Shown one piece after another: positions 1 to 13,042 of a stretch of 64,000 bases of DNA. Where the stretch lies: assembly GCA_965178125.1 (NCBI GenBank), contig OZ237768.1:558001-622000 (forward strand), in the 5' to 3' direction. Every line of letters starts with the position of its first letter. Positions within the stretch are counted from its first letter, which is position 1. Source of the DNA: Bilabrum cf. latius (lineage: Eukaryota). The notes under the pieces are model-generated. The model made no database searches. It was given only the letters and a program-made list of their open reading frames with translations, and was not told the origin of the DNA. Made by a program: the position numbers and the translations under genes.

Positions 1-885
1 GTTGGGCGTGCACCACCCTCCCCGCACCCGCTGGCCCTGCTGATGCGTCGTTGTCAGCGTCCCGAGGACGTGGCATACCCCTGGCGTGTCTCTGAATACT
101 ACGGGCAAAATAGCCTCGTATGCGTCGAAACCGTCTTTGCCCGCTGGACTGTGGGACCATAATAGGGTTCCGCTCGCAAGATCGAAGGCCTTGACGGTTC
201 TTGCCGCGCCTACGAAGACCGTGCCGCCTTCCACCAGAGGCGTGACCGCGTTGGTGATAAGAGGAGCGTAGCTACCGTCCGAACGGTCCCGAATGTTTGC
301 GATCTGTTGCTGCCAGAGAAGCTTGCCTTCGTTTTTGGAGACCTTGTATAGGACACAGCCAGCCACTGCAAGCACAGAGTCGCCAGCGTCAACCGGTGGA
401 GCGGCCGGATTATCTGGAATAGCCTCATTTCCCAGCGTCCAAATCTGCTCTCCCGACTTGGCATCCCAGGCAATAAGTGCAGAGTTTTGGTCCTAGCCGC
501 AAAGTGTGTAGACGGTACCGCCGTCTGTCGATAGCGTCGCTCCACTAGTTGGGCCGCATGCGCTCTTGAAGTCCTTCTCCCACTTGATCCGTCCAGACAC
601 AGGATCAAGCAAGAACAACGTGTCCGGCTTTAGATCATCATTCCAAGTGGTCACAGCCACCGAATCCGCGTCGATTGAAGGAATTGTAAGCGAGGGTCCA
701 AGCTTGACTTCCCACTGCTATTTTGGATCTGCAGTAAGTGCTCGCTCCTTGAACCGAAAAGCCATGGTGTTGTTTTTTCTCAGGTGTTCTGCACATGACG
801 AACCAATCAGATACGAGACAAGGACAGCCAAGACGTACGAATGGGTCAGGGTTTTGCTTGATTTCGCTACCGTGTTCAATCGCAT
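1..885 (-). CDS. Secreted PQQ-like (BamB-type) beta-propeller repeat protein, 3' end outside the window
   Basis: ATG at 885 gives a signal-peptide-like start (MRLNTVAKSSKTLTHSYVLAVLVSYLIGSSCA). Propeller blades follow: LFLLDPVSGRIKW, LIAWDAKSGEQIW, LYKVSKNEGKLLW, VKAFDLASGTLLW. In-frame TAG at 718-720 and 493-495 only. Not present in the ORF track. Confidence 0.7.
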
Positions 886-1157
886 GGTACCAATTGTTTG
901 GGCAAGTTCATCTGCAGCTGTTCATGGATTGCTGCAATGGTGAGAAAGCCAAAAACATTCCACCCGTGACGCCACTGGCACTCTTCATCTTCGGGAATTG
1001 GTACCAGCCAAAGCAGATTCTGCAGGAAGCGACATGCGTGGTGCTAGACTGTGTGTTGACACTCAATGAATTGATCCAGGCAAATATCAGCTGCTCACAA
1101 AACTATCATCGATAAGACCTGCTATGTATCCTCAATGCAGCGCTATCGCACTGGCAC

Positions 1158-2379
1158 TCACTGCCTCCACTCGCCCGGCAGGCCGTCTTCGTCCCCATCC
1201 CCCACCCCCACCCCCACCCGACTCAAGTCAGTCACGTCTCCATAAGGGTCAGGGTCTGATCTGGGCAAGCCACTGCCGCTACCACTGCCAGTGGCTACTG
1301 AGTGGTCATGCCCTGTGTCCTCTCGCGAGCTAGTCTGTCTGCCAGTGGTCACGTCATGCCCTTCGCCAGCACCCAATGGCAGCTCACTCGTCACAGCCCA
1401 CCTAGACACGTCCTTGTCGTGTATCCCACTACTGCCTGCACCATTCCGGTCCAGTCCCACCGCTCGACGAACCTTCTCCGAATGTTCCTTGAGCTCGGAC
1501 AGAGCTCCCGTCCACACGTGCGACAGCGTCTGGGCGCCTTCACGAACCTTCGATCGCGCGACTGACGCCGCCTCCATCCCGGCCTCTTCTGCCTTCGCCA
1601 CTGCGGTGGATGCAATGGTTCCGCTGGCCAATGCGCGGCGCCCCAGGGGTCCCTTAGCGGCTGCAGTCGCCTCGTCGTCGGCTGCACCACCGCCTCTTGA
1701 ATCTTCTTGCGCGTCCCTGATCCGCCGTCTGGATTCTTCGATGCTAGCTCTGGCTTTAACCTGAGAATCGGACCCGGAGTGACCGAAATCAGCCCTGGAG
1801 ATTTGTCGCTCGGTCCCTGCCTGCCCCACAGCGGCAAGCACGCCGGCAGAAACCGCCGTCGCTGCTCGGAATCGCCAAGGAAAATATCTAACTTGGTGCG
1901 TCCAGTTACGAGCTGCAAATTTGAATGGAAGCAAACGGCAGTAAATACTCGGACTATGGCTTGATTGGGCATCGACCGATCCAAAGCACATGCCGCAGTG
2001 TGGCCTGATAATGGCGAAAAGTTTAGGCTTAGCATGGACTTATTTGATAGCTTGAGACCTTACCCGTGGATTGTACTCGTTCCATCAGTCCTGCCGTAGA
2101 CGGTGCAATCTTGGGCGGATCTGGAACCTAGGGCAGAAAGAATCTCTCTCGAATCGCTATGGTTGCAGCGGCCACACCGACTCCGGCTAACCTGCCACCC
2201 CATTTTGCAAGTGCCCCAGACTCTCTACCGTGCTTGTCTGTTGTAGGTGCGACAAGGGACACCGCAGTGTACGAGAGGTCATACGTGCCATAAATTACTC
2301 CCACACCGCCAAGGCTGATCGCTACGAGCGGTACTGCTGTCACAGCACTTGCAAATGGAAGAAATATAACTTGCGCCAT
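1158..2379 (-). CDS. Hypothetical membrane protein, 2 exons (intron about 1913-2063)
   Basis: Hydrophobic N-terminal exon (MAQVIFLPFASAVTAVPLVAISLGGVGVIYG) reads through TAG 2128-2130 to a GTAAGG donor. Acceptor TTTGCAG joins in frame to ORF 1158..1991. Ends TGA. Confidence 0.5.
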
Positions 2380-2585
2380 CGGCACAGGGCGATAGAGGCA
2401 GCTGCGTTTGGTAGGAACGACGTTGTGTTTTTCGGCGCATTGATGAAGTCGAACCTTCGTGAAGGCTTGAGATATACGGCCAAAATTGCGCAGAGCAGCA
2501 TGGGCGATCACCAGACTGTGCAGCGCGCACATGGTCATCCTATCATATCATTCAGCATCCCCTACAATATAAAGTCTTGTCATAT

Positions 2586-4166
2586 TCATTTCATCGCCTC
2601 CTCCAGCACCCTCACGCACTCGTCATGCCCTCCCAACTGAGCTGCCTCCAGCGGACCCACTCTCCGCTCCACACCAGATGCTGCATCCGAAATAACACCC
2701 TACTTTACTAGCCCACCGGCCAGTTTACCCAGCCTCAGCCGTTTTGCCAGCTCTAGCGGCCTCCCTTCGCTCGCTGCCTGAAACACCATCCCAGCGTCCC
2801 TCTTGGCCTCTACTGCCCGCCTCCACCTGCACATGACCCAGCCCCGCTTCCAAGGGTCCAACCTGGCCACATCACGCATCATGCCAGCAACTCCCCTACA
2901 AAACCGGAACAAGAGCTTCAGGCAGCGGTAGGGGTCCCCACCCCCCTCGTACAGGGATCGGATCACGGACCTTGCGATCCTTGCCGCTGTCGGCTCTCCG
3001 CGCTCTCCCCCTTCCTCCTCCTCCTTCCTGCGGGCATCCAGTTTTTCTGGCTCCAGTTCATTCGGCTCCGGGCCACTTGGCTTCGGCATGTCACTGCTCT
3101 GGGCTTCCTGTCCTGCTGGGCTCCTGGGTTGGGGCGCTGCTCCCGGTCGGGCACCTGAGCCCGAGCACTTGCTTCCTGCTCGCTCAACCGTTCTCGCACC
3201 GGTTGCAGTACCCCGGGCCGCGCTAGGCTGCTTCTTCTTCTCTTCGTCTTCACTCGACCCATCCGTGGGGTCCATGCTTCGGTGCCTGGCCCCTTGCACG
3301 ATTGCGGTCCTGGACTTCTCGAAGCGCCGGCACACCTCCGGATGCTGGTAATCCTCAAATGGCACGCTACCCGCAGCCAGGAGCTCTGCCATACAGAGAA
3401 GCGCCCCACGCTGCCTGCGACCGACTTGGGACCGGGCGGTCTGTACGGCGAACCCTAGCGCCCTGGAGTCGTTCCTTTCCGACTCGGGGAGGAGTTCGAG
3501 CATGGCACGCACCACCGCGTGCCTGCCCGCCCTCGCGGCGTGCTGCAGCGGCGTCAACGCGAGAAGGCTGTCGTAGGGACGGAACTCGTCTTTCATGCTG
3601 TATCCATGCGTGATGAGTGCTCGCACCATGTCGGGGCTGCCGGCGTGGTGCAAGAGCTTCAGCTCCTTTATCTTGCCGTGCGTGCTCCACGGCCTGTCGA
3701 GCAGCACTGCGGCGCAATCCGCGTGTCCTTTGCTAACTGACTCCATTAGCAGCCTGGGCAAGGCTTTTGGAGGAGGATGAGTATCATTGCATAAACTAGA
3801 TGGATCATCCCGCAATATGTCGGAGGGTGTATTGCTGCTAGACTCGCGTTGTTTCGGATACCAGCGATCTAGGAACTTGCTCAGGACGCTTGACATCCCA
3901 TTCCTGCAAGCGAATCGCCATTCAAGATTGGGAAATCTGTGGTCATCAGATTTCTCCATAGGAGGAATGTCGCATCCCATGTCGAGCAGGAACTCTGATG
4001 CTGCGGAATTCGCATTCTCCACCGCAAGCAGCAGCGGTAGCCGGCCGATCCTATCTCGAGAATTAATGTGGTCCTGGATGTCGTGCTTCGCTCTCCAAGT
4101 TTCTAAATCTGCCACTGATCCAAATTCAGCAACATCGTGCAAAGTTAGTTGGTATGTTGATGCCAT
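2586..4166 (-). CDS. Ankyrin-repeat protein
   Basis: Ankyrin motifs GRLPLLLAVENANSAASEFLLDMG and TPLQHAARAGRHAVVRAML. Beyond TAG 2700-2702 the frame continues into a last repeat (GPLEAAQLGGHDECVRVLEEAMK) and ends at TGA 2586-2588. Confidence 0.8.
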
Positions 4167-4319
4167 TGTTTAATAATTAAGTATCCGGGATCTGGAAATC
4201 GAACATTCATCACTGGAGGTTCGTTGCATGCCAATCCAACCAAACCTCGCGACCGCCTCGTGGATAGACCTTGTCGAATCAAGTACCCGGACATTGGTAA
4301 ATTTACGCCTTACAGTACC

Positions 4320-7300
4320 ATGTCCGGTCGCTTACTTCTTCGAAGTCGCCTTGGCGTTTGCATAAATCGAGTGTTCCACAACAGCTCAGCACTCGGTTGT
4401 CTGAGCCGCGCTGTCCATCGTGTCGGTGCAAGGGCACCACGAATCGTATCGCGCCCTACCAGTAGTAGAGGGCAATAGATGCGCGCTACAACGCAGGCTG
4501 GTTCAGCCGGTCGAATGGTATCCATCGGTGATGTCCGGATGGAGATCGCTGATCAACACTAGGGCTCAAAGCTTGTGCCGTCTGGGTGGTTGCCCACGAA
4601 TCCAGAACAAGGTCTTTCGAGGGAAACACTATCCCATCTCCGATTCCTCATGCAGAAGCACTTGCTCGGCCAAGACGCTCTACTGCTCGGCCCGCCAGGG
4701 CCCGAGAGGTTCCGCCTCGCCATGGCCTTTTGCGAGCTCCTTGGACTGGAAGCGGAAGTGGTGCGCCTATCAAGAGACACCACGGAAAGCGATTTAAAGC
4801 AGCGAAGAGAGACCCTGGGAAGGGGTCACGCCACCTGGGCGGACCAGGCGCCGGTGCGAGCAGCCCTGCACGGGAGGGTCCTCATCGTCGACGGCCTGGA
4901 AAAAGCCGAAAGGAACGTTCTCCCGACCCTCAACAACCTCCTGGAGAACAGAGAAATGTCCCTCGAGGATGGGAGGATGCTGCTGGCACCAGACAGGTAC
5001 GACGCCATCGTCGGCCAGGGAACAACCGAAGACGGTGCTGCTCAGGGAAAACAGCCGGGGACAGACCGGCTGGCCCGCGTGTCCGATCGATTCCGGGTCA
5101 TTGGCCTGGCTTGCCCCGTGCCCCCTTACCCCGGCATGCCCCTGGATCCCCCCCTGAGGAGCAGGTTCCAGGCCAGGTACGTGGACCCGCTGCACGTGGC
5201 TGCGTCGGTGACCGGCATGGTGGGGAGCAGTGCCATGAATGGGGCCGCGACCGTGGCTGAGTCAGGTACAGCGGGTGCCACTGGTGAGTCAGCTGTGTCC
5301 GATGCAACCAGCAGTGTGACGAGTGAGGTGGAGCAGGCCATGACGGAGATCGCCGCATCCCTACACGCGTTGGAAGGGGCGGGGACGGGCGCGGGTTCTG
5401 GCGATGGGGGCGGTGGATCCGGATCCACCGGTGGATCTGGGGTCGGTGTGCCCCCGTGTCCCGCATCTCTGGTGTCCAGCGCGGGCGCCATTGCCCGCAG
5501 GTGGCCGGATGCGGCCAGGTCGCCCGATTTCATCGAGAGGTGTATAAGGCTGCTGTACCCCCACGAGGCGTTGCTGGGGGCGGGAGGGGGTGCGGCGGGC
5601 AGCGCCGTCAGGGGTACCGTGGAACGGTTAGGGATCGGATCAGGGATCGGATCGGATGGACTGCAGCCGCCGCAAGCCCACGGAGATGGGCATGGTGCCC
5701 CTAGGGGTACCGTGGTGCCTGCCACGGACGGATTCGAAACCGCGGCAACTGCGCGGCGCCTTTTGGTTCCGCAAGGCTGGCGCAGGGCGGCAAGTGACGC
5801 CACGCTGGCCTCTTGTGCCGGTTTGGATCTCTGCGTCCTGGGAGGCAAAGGCGGTGGCAAGTCCTCCTTCGTCGCCGCCCTCGGGGAGTCGCTGGGGTAC
5901 GGCCCTACTCAGACCCAGCTGGTGTCCATGCACGCAGAGATGTCTGCGAGAGACCTGTGGGCCACCAGGGAGGTCGACCACGAGGGACGAACTTTCTGGA
6001 AGGCTTCGCCGCTCGTGGATGCCGCGGTGAACGGACACTTGCTGGTCCTGGACGGGTGCCACAGGGTACCCGGTGAGGTGCTGGCAGCCGTCCTGGGACC
6101 GCTGACCCACGACAGGTTCGCGGTGCTGCCCGACGGGAGGGTCCTGTCGCACCAGGGGCAGCAATAGGAGCAGTCGGGCGATGTGACGAGTGATGACGGT
6201 GTGATGAGTGCTGAAGGTGTGACGAGTGACGTCGGCGTGCTCCGTGCGCACCCGGACTTCCGAATCGTGCTCGTAGGTGACGGCCCGACCGCGAACGAAT
6301 CCACCAGTGGATCCAACTCGGTGAGCCATCCCGATGCAACCAGCGGTTCCGGCTCATCTTCTAATTCCCGTGGAAATCGCAAGCAGCGCCAGTCCTCTTC
6401 CAGCCCCGCTGGCCTCGTGCAAGAAGAGGGCGTATCGCCCTGGCTTCACCCCGAGATACTTGGCAGGATGGCCGTGGTAAGGCTGCCCGCCATCGAGGCG
6501 AGCGACCAGCTCGAGCAGGTGCTCCGGACCGCGTGTCCCGGTGCCTCTTCTGAGGTTGCAACCGGGGTGGCGAGGCTGGGACGGGAGCTGAGGGCGGCAG
6601 CGGCGCTCGAATTCCCGACGGATGACGCCGCGCGGCAGCAGCTGAGGGTGAGCCTTCGTGCCCTCGTTGCCATGTGCCGGCGTGTGAGCGCCATGGTGGC
6701 GTCTGATGGTGTGACGAGTGATGAGGGTGTGACGAGTGCGGACGTGGTATCCCGTGGGATGGCGAGGGAGCTCTCTGCGGCGTGCAGCGACACCCTGCTG
6801 CTGCCATTCTTGCCACCCGCTGTGGGCAAGTCCGTGGCGGCTGCCCTGGAACGCATCACTGGGGCCAAGGCTCCTGCCGGTGCAGCCGGTGAGGTATCGC
6901 TACCTGTGGGTGGCAATGATGCAGGGAGTACTGCTACGCCGAAGATCGCAAATGGTGGCAAAACCGCCCTCTTTCCGGTAAGCCGGGGCAGGACCGCCGC
7001 GAGCTCCAGCCTAAGCATAACGACAACCTCCGCTGACGATTGGTGCATCGCACTGCCGCGCAAGCAGGGAACAGACCCGGCACTGGTCCCGGACGTCGAT
7101 TTCGTGGACACTGCCTCGCACACGCGCGTCCTGGGCGGCCTCGCCGCCGCCATCGCGGGCGGGTCCGAGATGCTTCTCCTGATCGGCAACCAAGGGACCG
7201 GCAAGAACAGGGTTGCTGACAGGCTGTGCGGCCTGCTCGGCTGGGAGAGGGAATACATGCAGCTGCACAGGGACACAACGGTGGCACAGCTGCTGTCCCA

Positions 7301-10300
7301 GCCCACGCTAGAGGACGGTAAGCTTGACTGGCAGGACTCTCCTCTGGTCAGGGCGGCTATTGAGGGTCGCTGCTGCGTGCTAGACGAGGCGGACAAGGCG
7401 CCCACGGACGTGCTTGCCCTGATTTCGTCTCTGGCAGACGGGCAGCTGAGGCTGCCTGATGGCAGGATGCTGCTGAGGACAATCGATGCAGCAACAGCCA
7501 CAGAAGCAGGTTCTGATTCGGTCACCGCTGGCAGCGAACTGTCAACGAGCGGAGCCGGCGATTCAGCTGTCACCGTGCCAATCCACCCGGACTTCCGACT
7601 GCTCGTGCTGGCCAACCGGCCGGGCTTTCCGTTCCTGGGTAACGCATTCTACGAAGAAGTAGGTGCCGCATTGACGTCATTCGTGGTGCCAGCGCTAGAC
7701 GAAGAATCGGAGCTGGCGGTGGTGAAAGCGGCGGCGCCCGACGTCGACCCAGCGCTGCTGCGGTCCATCTGCGGCGCGTTTGCGGAGCTCCGAGAGCTCA
7801 ACGACCGGGGCAAGATGCAGTATCCGTTCAGTCTGAGGGAGGCCGTGGCGGTGGGCAGGCACCTGCATCGGTTTCCAAGCGATGGTGCAGCCGCTGCGTT
7901 GTCAAATGTTGTGGCATTTGACGCCTGCGACCCTGCCTCTGCCCGCACCATCGCGGATGTGTTTGCCAGCAGGGGCATTTCAGTGGACCCTGCCGGCCTG
8001 AATGGGGACCCTTTGAGGGACGGCGGCGCGGGCGTGGGACATGAAGTGAGGGTATCTCCTGCCATTCCTGTGGGCTCTGGTGGACCGGCCGGGAGTGATG
8101 AGGCCGTTGTGGAGTTGCCGGCTGGTGAGCTAAGGCTGGAGATGCTTAGAGGAAATGGTGGTGCTGATGGTGCTGGTGATGCAGGGCGCAGGTGAGTGTG
8201 AGTTATCTGGATATTTGCTTGGGGTGGTGGGATATGCTTAAGTGTGCTATGGAGTGGTCGCGTTGTGGGAACCCTTCCTGTCCTTTGAGAGATTCAAATA
8301 TCTCCAATCCCTCCCATTCCCTCCCCCTTCCTTCCTTTTCTCTTGCAGGCAAGGTGTTCCGCTCGCAGTGCGCTCGCCGGCCTCCATCCAGGCCTGGCAG
8401 CTGCCCAACGGGGCCGCGCAATGCAAGAGAGGCAGGGAGTTTCGCATACAGCAGGGCAGGCTGAGAACGTTCACTGAGGTGCTTGGAACCTGGCGGATTG
8501 CAGAGGGCAAGGAACTTGATGCGGATGAGCCCGGGTTAGACAGCAAGGGTAAGGACAAGACGAGAGGGAGACAGCGACGCCGACAATCCCAGAGTCGGTC
8601 AGGGATGAAGGAAGAGGAAGAAGGCCAGGAGACGGTCCAGTCGGTGGCCGGCGTGACCAGACACATGCTACTGCAAAGGGGCAATGGATAGCAGCAGCAG
8701 ACTAGGGGTATGCCACCCGCCGTGGATGTTGTCCCGCTGGCAGGAGACACGGCATTTGCCACGGTGGGGCCTGCCCTCAGGTTGGTAGTCCTTCAGGGCC
8801 TCGTGGACAGGGGTGACAGCTACCAGGGTCATCGAGTTGGGTCATCGAATGATAGCGCCACGCTTGCATCCCAAGGAGTCTGTCTATCCAACGACCGGTC
8901 CATCACGAGCATCGACCTCACGCACGCGCTGTACCCAGCGGACTATGGCGGGCTTGGCTCGCACCCCATTGATGGTGGCGGGTTCTGGGCCAGGCCAGTG
9001 CACCCAGGCACTTCGGCCGTCTGCGGGCTGCCTGCAGTTACCGGCCTAGCGGGGATCGAACCTGGGGCGCCACGTCTGCGGGCAGATGCAGGAGCCAACC
9101 CGATTGCTGTAGCGCAAGAGCGGGGTGAGGTGGCTGCGGTGGTGGTGCCGGGCATCCAGAAACTGCTGCTGGTGGCCAGCAACGGGGGTCTGGAGCCCGG
9201 CTACATGCATGCTGATAGGGCTGCTGGCAATGGCGGCGGCGCTGGGGCAAATCCCACGATCGCCGCAGCTGACTTACCCAGCTTCACTGCTCCGGACGAT
9301 GCCATGGTTCAGTGCCTGGGATTGACCGATGGCGGTGATTCGCCGGGAATCAACAAGTACCAGTCCACCGGTGGACTGATGGCATCCTTCCGGCTCATGG
9401 CTGGAGGGGGCAGGCAGCGGGAAGTGGATCCTTCGCAGCTGCAGTCGTGGGGCGTTGCTGCCACGATGGCGGTTCAATGGCCCAATCAAGGCGGAGCAAG
9501 TAGTGCTGATAGTGATCATCAGAGCGAAGCGAACGAAGCTAGCTCTAAGGACGGGAGTGTGTGGGCCAGGCACATGGTCCTGACTCACAGGAAGGGAGGC
9601 AGGGAAGTCGCGTATGTGACGTCAGCTGACGTGGGAGCGGGACTCAGGGGCAGAAGCGAGGCGGAATGGGTGGGGATACCGGGCGTGGGTGATTTCATCC
9701 AAGAATGGGAGATTGAAATTTCGAGTGAGATCGGTCGCGGCGTGACTGCAGGCATAGAGGCAATCGACACGGATGGGATCGGGACTGTAGCTCTTCGGAT
9801 CGTCGGGGCAGACTCGGAGACCGGGGTGCGTGTGGGCCACGTATCACTGCAATGCAATGCATCGTTGGGAGATCGCCACGACATTGCATGGATCGTGCGT
9901 CGGGTCGTGCAGATAGGTGCAGGCCGCGACTCAGACGGTTCGTCCTCTTTGGATGTGGCAAGCGGGGTCCTGCCAAGCATGGAGCAGGGCCATTCCACTG
10001 GCAACCCTGGCAGTCCGACCATATCAGTGCCAGCATCAGTGGGGATGAAGCGGCCCCACGACGAGAAAGAGAACAAGGGCGAAGGTAACAAGGAAACCGA
10101 TTCGCCCGATATGTGGGAGGGCATCGGGGACGGTGACCAGGTACTCTCTATCATGTACACCAGTGGATCACGCAGCAATGGAGAAGGCTCGTCAATTGCT
10201 GATGGTGAAGCTGGCAATGCTGCTGCTGGCAGCATGCTCACCGCACTAGTTGCCAGGAGAAGGCCCACTGTCAACCAGTCTGCCAGCAGCGGCACGCATC

Positions 10301-12180
10301 TGCAAGGGGACTCGAAGAGGGAACTACCCGCTGATTTGAAGCCCAGACCGGGCGGTGTACTGCCTGTTGTAGGCAAATCTGGGGGCGCAAATTCCGCCAG
10401 TATTGCGCTCCATCAGGTCCGTCTCCAGGTCCTCGATGCGAACGCTGCTGCCGCTACCCCTCCCATTGCCGACGATGCCCTGACTGGTGCGACCATGGAC
10501 GATACGGGCGCGCTGCAAGTGCTACCAGGGGGATCCACCGCTATCATTGCGCCCCATTCATGTGCAGCGCACGGTGGTGCAAGCGCAGTCACCATGTTCA
10601 GTCCGGAGCATGGTCTCCTCCGCACCGTCGGACTGCCCGCCCGCGGCTGCACGCTCATCCCAGTCGGCACGGGTGTGGCGAGTGCGCGTACAGTGGAGGC
10701 GCCCTCTCTGATTGCCAGTCCTCTCATCCTGGCCCAGCCCAGCAGGCAGCTGCTTCTCGCCTTCAGTCCTGGCGGCCTTGTGCAGGCCCTGCAGGTAGAC
10801 CCACTGGCGCTGCACGAGAGCGAGAGGGCCTGGAGGAGACTGGTCGGTCTGCCATCCGGGGAACAAGGGAGCGATCAAAGCGAGGATGGAACTGGCGATC
10901 AAGGCGAAGAGCGGGGCACAAAGAGCCTGAGACTGAGCATCGAAGGAGGACAGAGTACTCTGGGCGGCAAGACCATCCAGCAGGCCTAGGCGAACGGCGG
11001 CATCCCCAACTCGTCGCCGCCACCTCTGACCGGACCCAAGCACGGGAAAGAAGATCCGAGCAACGCACCGCACGTAGGTGGCAATACATGGGCGGGCGGC
11101 ACGGGCGGGTCCAACACAGCGGGGCTGGGCGGCGTGGGCGGGCCTTACCGCCTGGACAAAGGCCACGGGGTACCCAAGCCAGTGTCAGATGAGGTCAAGG
11201 CAGCCGTGCCCGAGGAGATCAGGAGGCGAGCTAGGGCCGCAGCGGAGCAAGGGCTCAAGGACAGGCTCCGTGCCATTGGGATGGATCCAAAGGTGGCCAA
11301 AGAGTACATCGCCATGCGGTCCAAGATTGAGGAGCCCGCCTCCCAGCTCAGGGCTCTGATCCGATCCCTTCCCTCGGGGAGCAAAGAGAGGGTCTGGAAG
11401 AAGCTGCAGCAGACGGGGGAGCTGGACGAGTCCAGGTTGGTGGACGGTCTCGCGGGCGACAAGCTGGTCTTCAAGCGACGGACCTCTGCGCAGCCTCTGC
11501 CCGGTGTCCCCATGCCCGGCAAGCGCAGGATCCGCATCGTGGTGGACGTGTCTGGCAGCATGTACAGGTTCAATGGGGAGGATGGGAGGCTTGTGCGGCT
11601 GCTGGAGTCGGTCTGCATGGTGATGGAGGCGCTGGATGCCACGTCAGGCGGATCCGGTGGGTCCGCAGGAGGTGGCACAAGCGGCCCCGGTGGCCTAGCC
11701 TGGAGCATATCAGGCCACAGCGGCGACTCGGATCGGATCGAGTTCGTGGAGGAGGGCGAGTACCCCGAGGACGAGGCAGACAGGATGAGGGTGCTGCAGC
11801 GCATGCTGGCGCATTCCCAGTTCTGCCAGTCGGGTGATCACACCGTGCCCGCCACCCAGCGAGCCACTCGTGAGGTTACCGAGGCGTGCGCCAGGGACGG
11901 CGCCACTGGGCTGGTGCTTGTAGTGAGCGATGCAAACCTGAGGCGGTACGGGATCCCGGCGAGTGCGCTTGCATCGGCCATGGCAGCGCCATCGATTGCG
12001 GGCGGATAGGGCGGGAAGGTGAGCACGCACTGCGTGATGATCGGGCAGCTGGGTCGGGAGGCAGAGATGCTGGCGCAGGCCTTGCCGGCTGGTCGGGCGC
12101 ATGTGTGCATGGAGACGGCTGGGCTGGTGGAGGTGTTCAGGGACGTGCTGCGGCAGGAGATCGAGTCGGTCGGGCGGTGA
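4320..12180 (+). CDS. VWA8: VWA8-like mitochondrial AAA+ ATPase with C-terminal VWA domain, 2 exons (intron 8192-8348)
   Basis: Arg-rich presequence, then VWA8 motifs: MQKHLLGQDALLLGPPG, LSRDTTESDLKQRRE, GLEKAERNVLPTLNNLLENREM, LLLIGNQGTGKN, YMQLHRDTTV, PKHGKEDPSNAPHVGGNTWAGGTGGSNTAGLGG, VVDVSGSMYRFNG, LVVSDANLRRYGI. In-frame TAG at 4476, 4560, 6165, 8689, 10987 and 12007. Ends TGA. Confidence 0.92.
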
Positions 12181-13042
12181 TTCAAGCCGGTTATTCAATT
12201 CGGTTGTACTCCTGTGCTAGGTTATGGCGACAATCTCGGAGATCAGAGTCAGGATCTCTGGTCAGGATCGGGCCACGCCCCTTTTGCATTTACTGACCAT
12301 TCGGATTCCGGGTACGATTGAGGCACAAAAGCAAGCGAAGGTTAGGCCTAACTAATCTCTGATACAGATACCGAATCCCATAACAATCTAGCCTTGCCAC
12401 AGCGGAGCCACCGGACACATTCGCCGGACGCATCCATGCGCTCAAGGAGTGCCTTGCAGTCCAAAGCGGCCTCCTCCTCCAAAATCTCCTTGAACAGCCA
12501 ATCCTGATTCCGGTTCGCGACGAGCCTGCCACTCCCATCGGCTCGCCTCGCCCTCGCCCAGGTCTTCTTGTGCTTCACTCCCTACGCCGCTGCCAGCACC
12601 GCTGCTTGGCCCACTGCTGCCTGAAACCCGCAAACGTGGAGCAGGTCCCACCAGCCCATAGGACACCCTTGCACCGCCCTTCCATGGGCGTTCTCTCGTC
12701 GCACCGAATGCCATCCTTTATCTCCTATTCACTTCCAGTCTCACCGCAAGTGCCACCATCTGGTCAAGCACGAATCTGCCTAAGGCAGCACTGGCTGCCT
12801 CCGGTGCCGGGAAGCGCGTGCCGTACCATGCTTCAATGAGGGTCTTAGTTGGCCACTTACGGAGCACCAGCTGCCTGGGCGATGGACAAAAACGGATATT
12901 GTTCCGGTTTGCTGGACCGCGTGACGCGGACAAACGCGGTCCCACGAGCAGCAAGCGAGCCGTCACAGTTGGCGCTTCCTGGTATATACCAAGGGAGTAT
13001 CGACTGAAGCTCGCCAGACGCACATATAAGTTGTTTACTAAT

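Noticed and set aside
12200-13040. Possible small minus-strand gene between VWA8 and the exonuclease
   Set aside because: I could not build a consistent start, splice pattern or homology.
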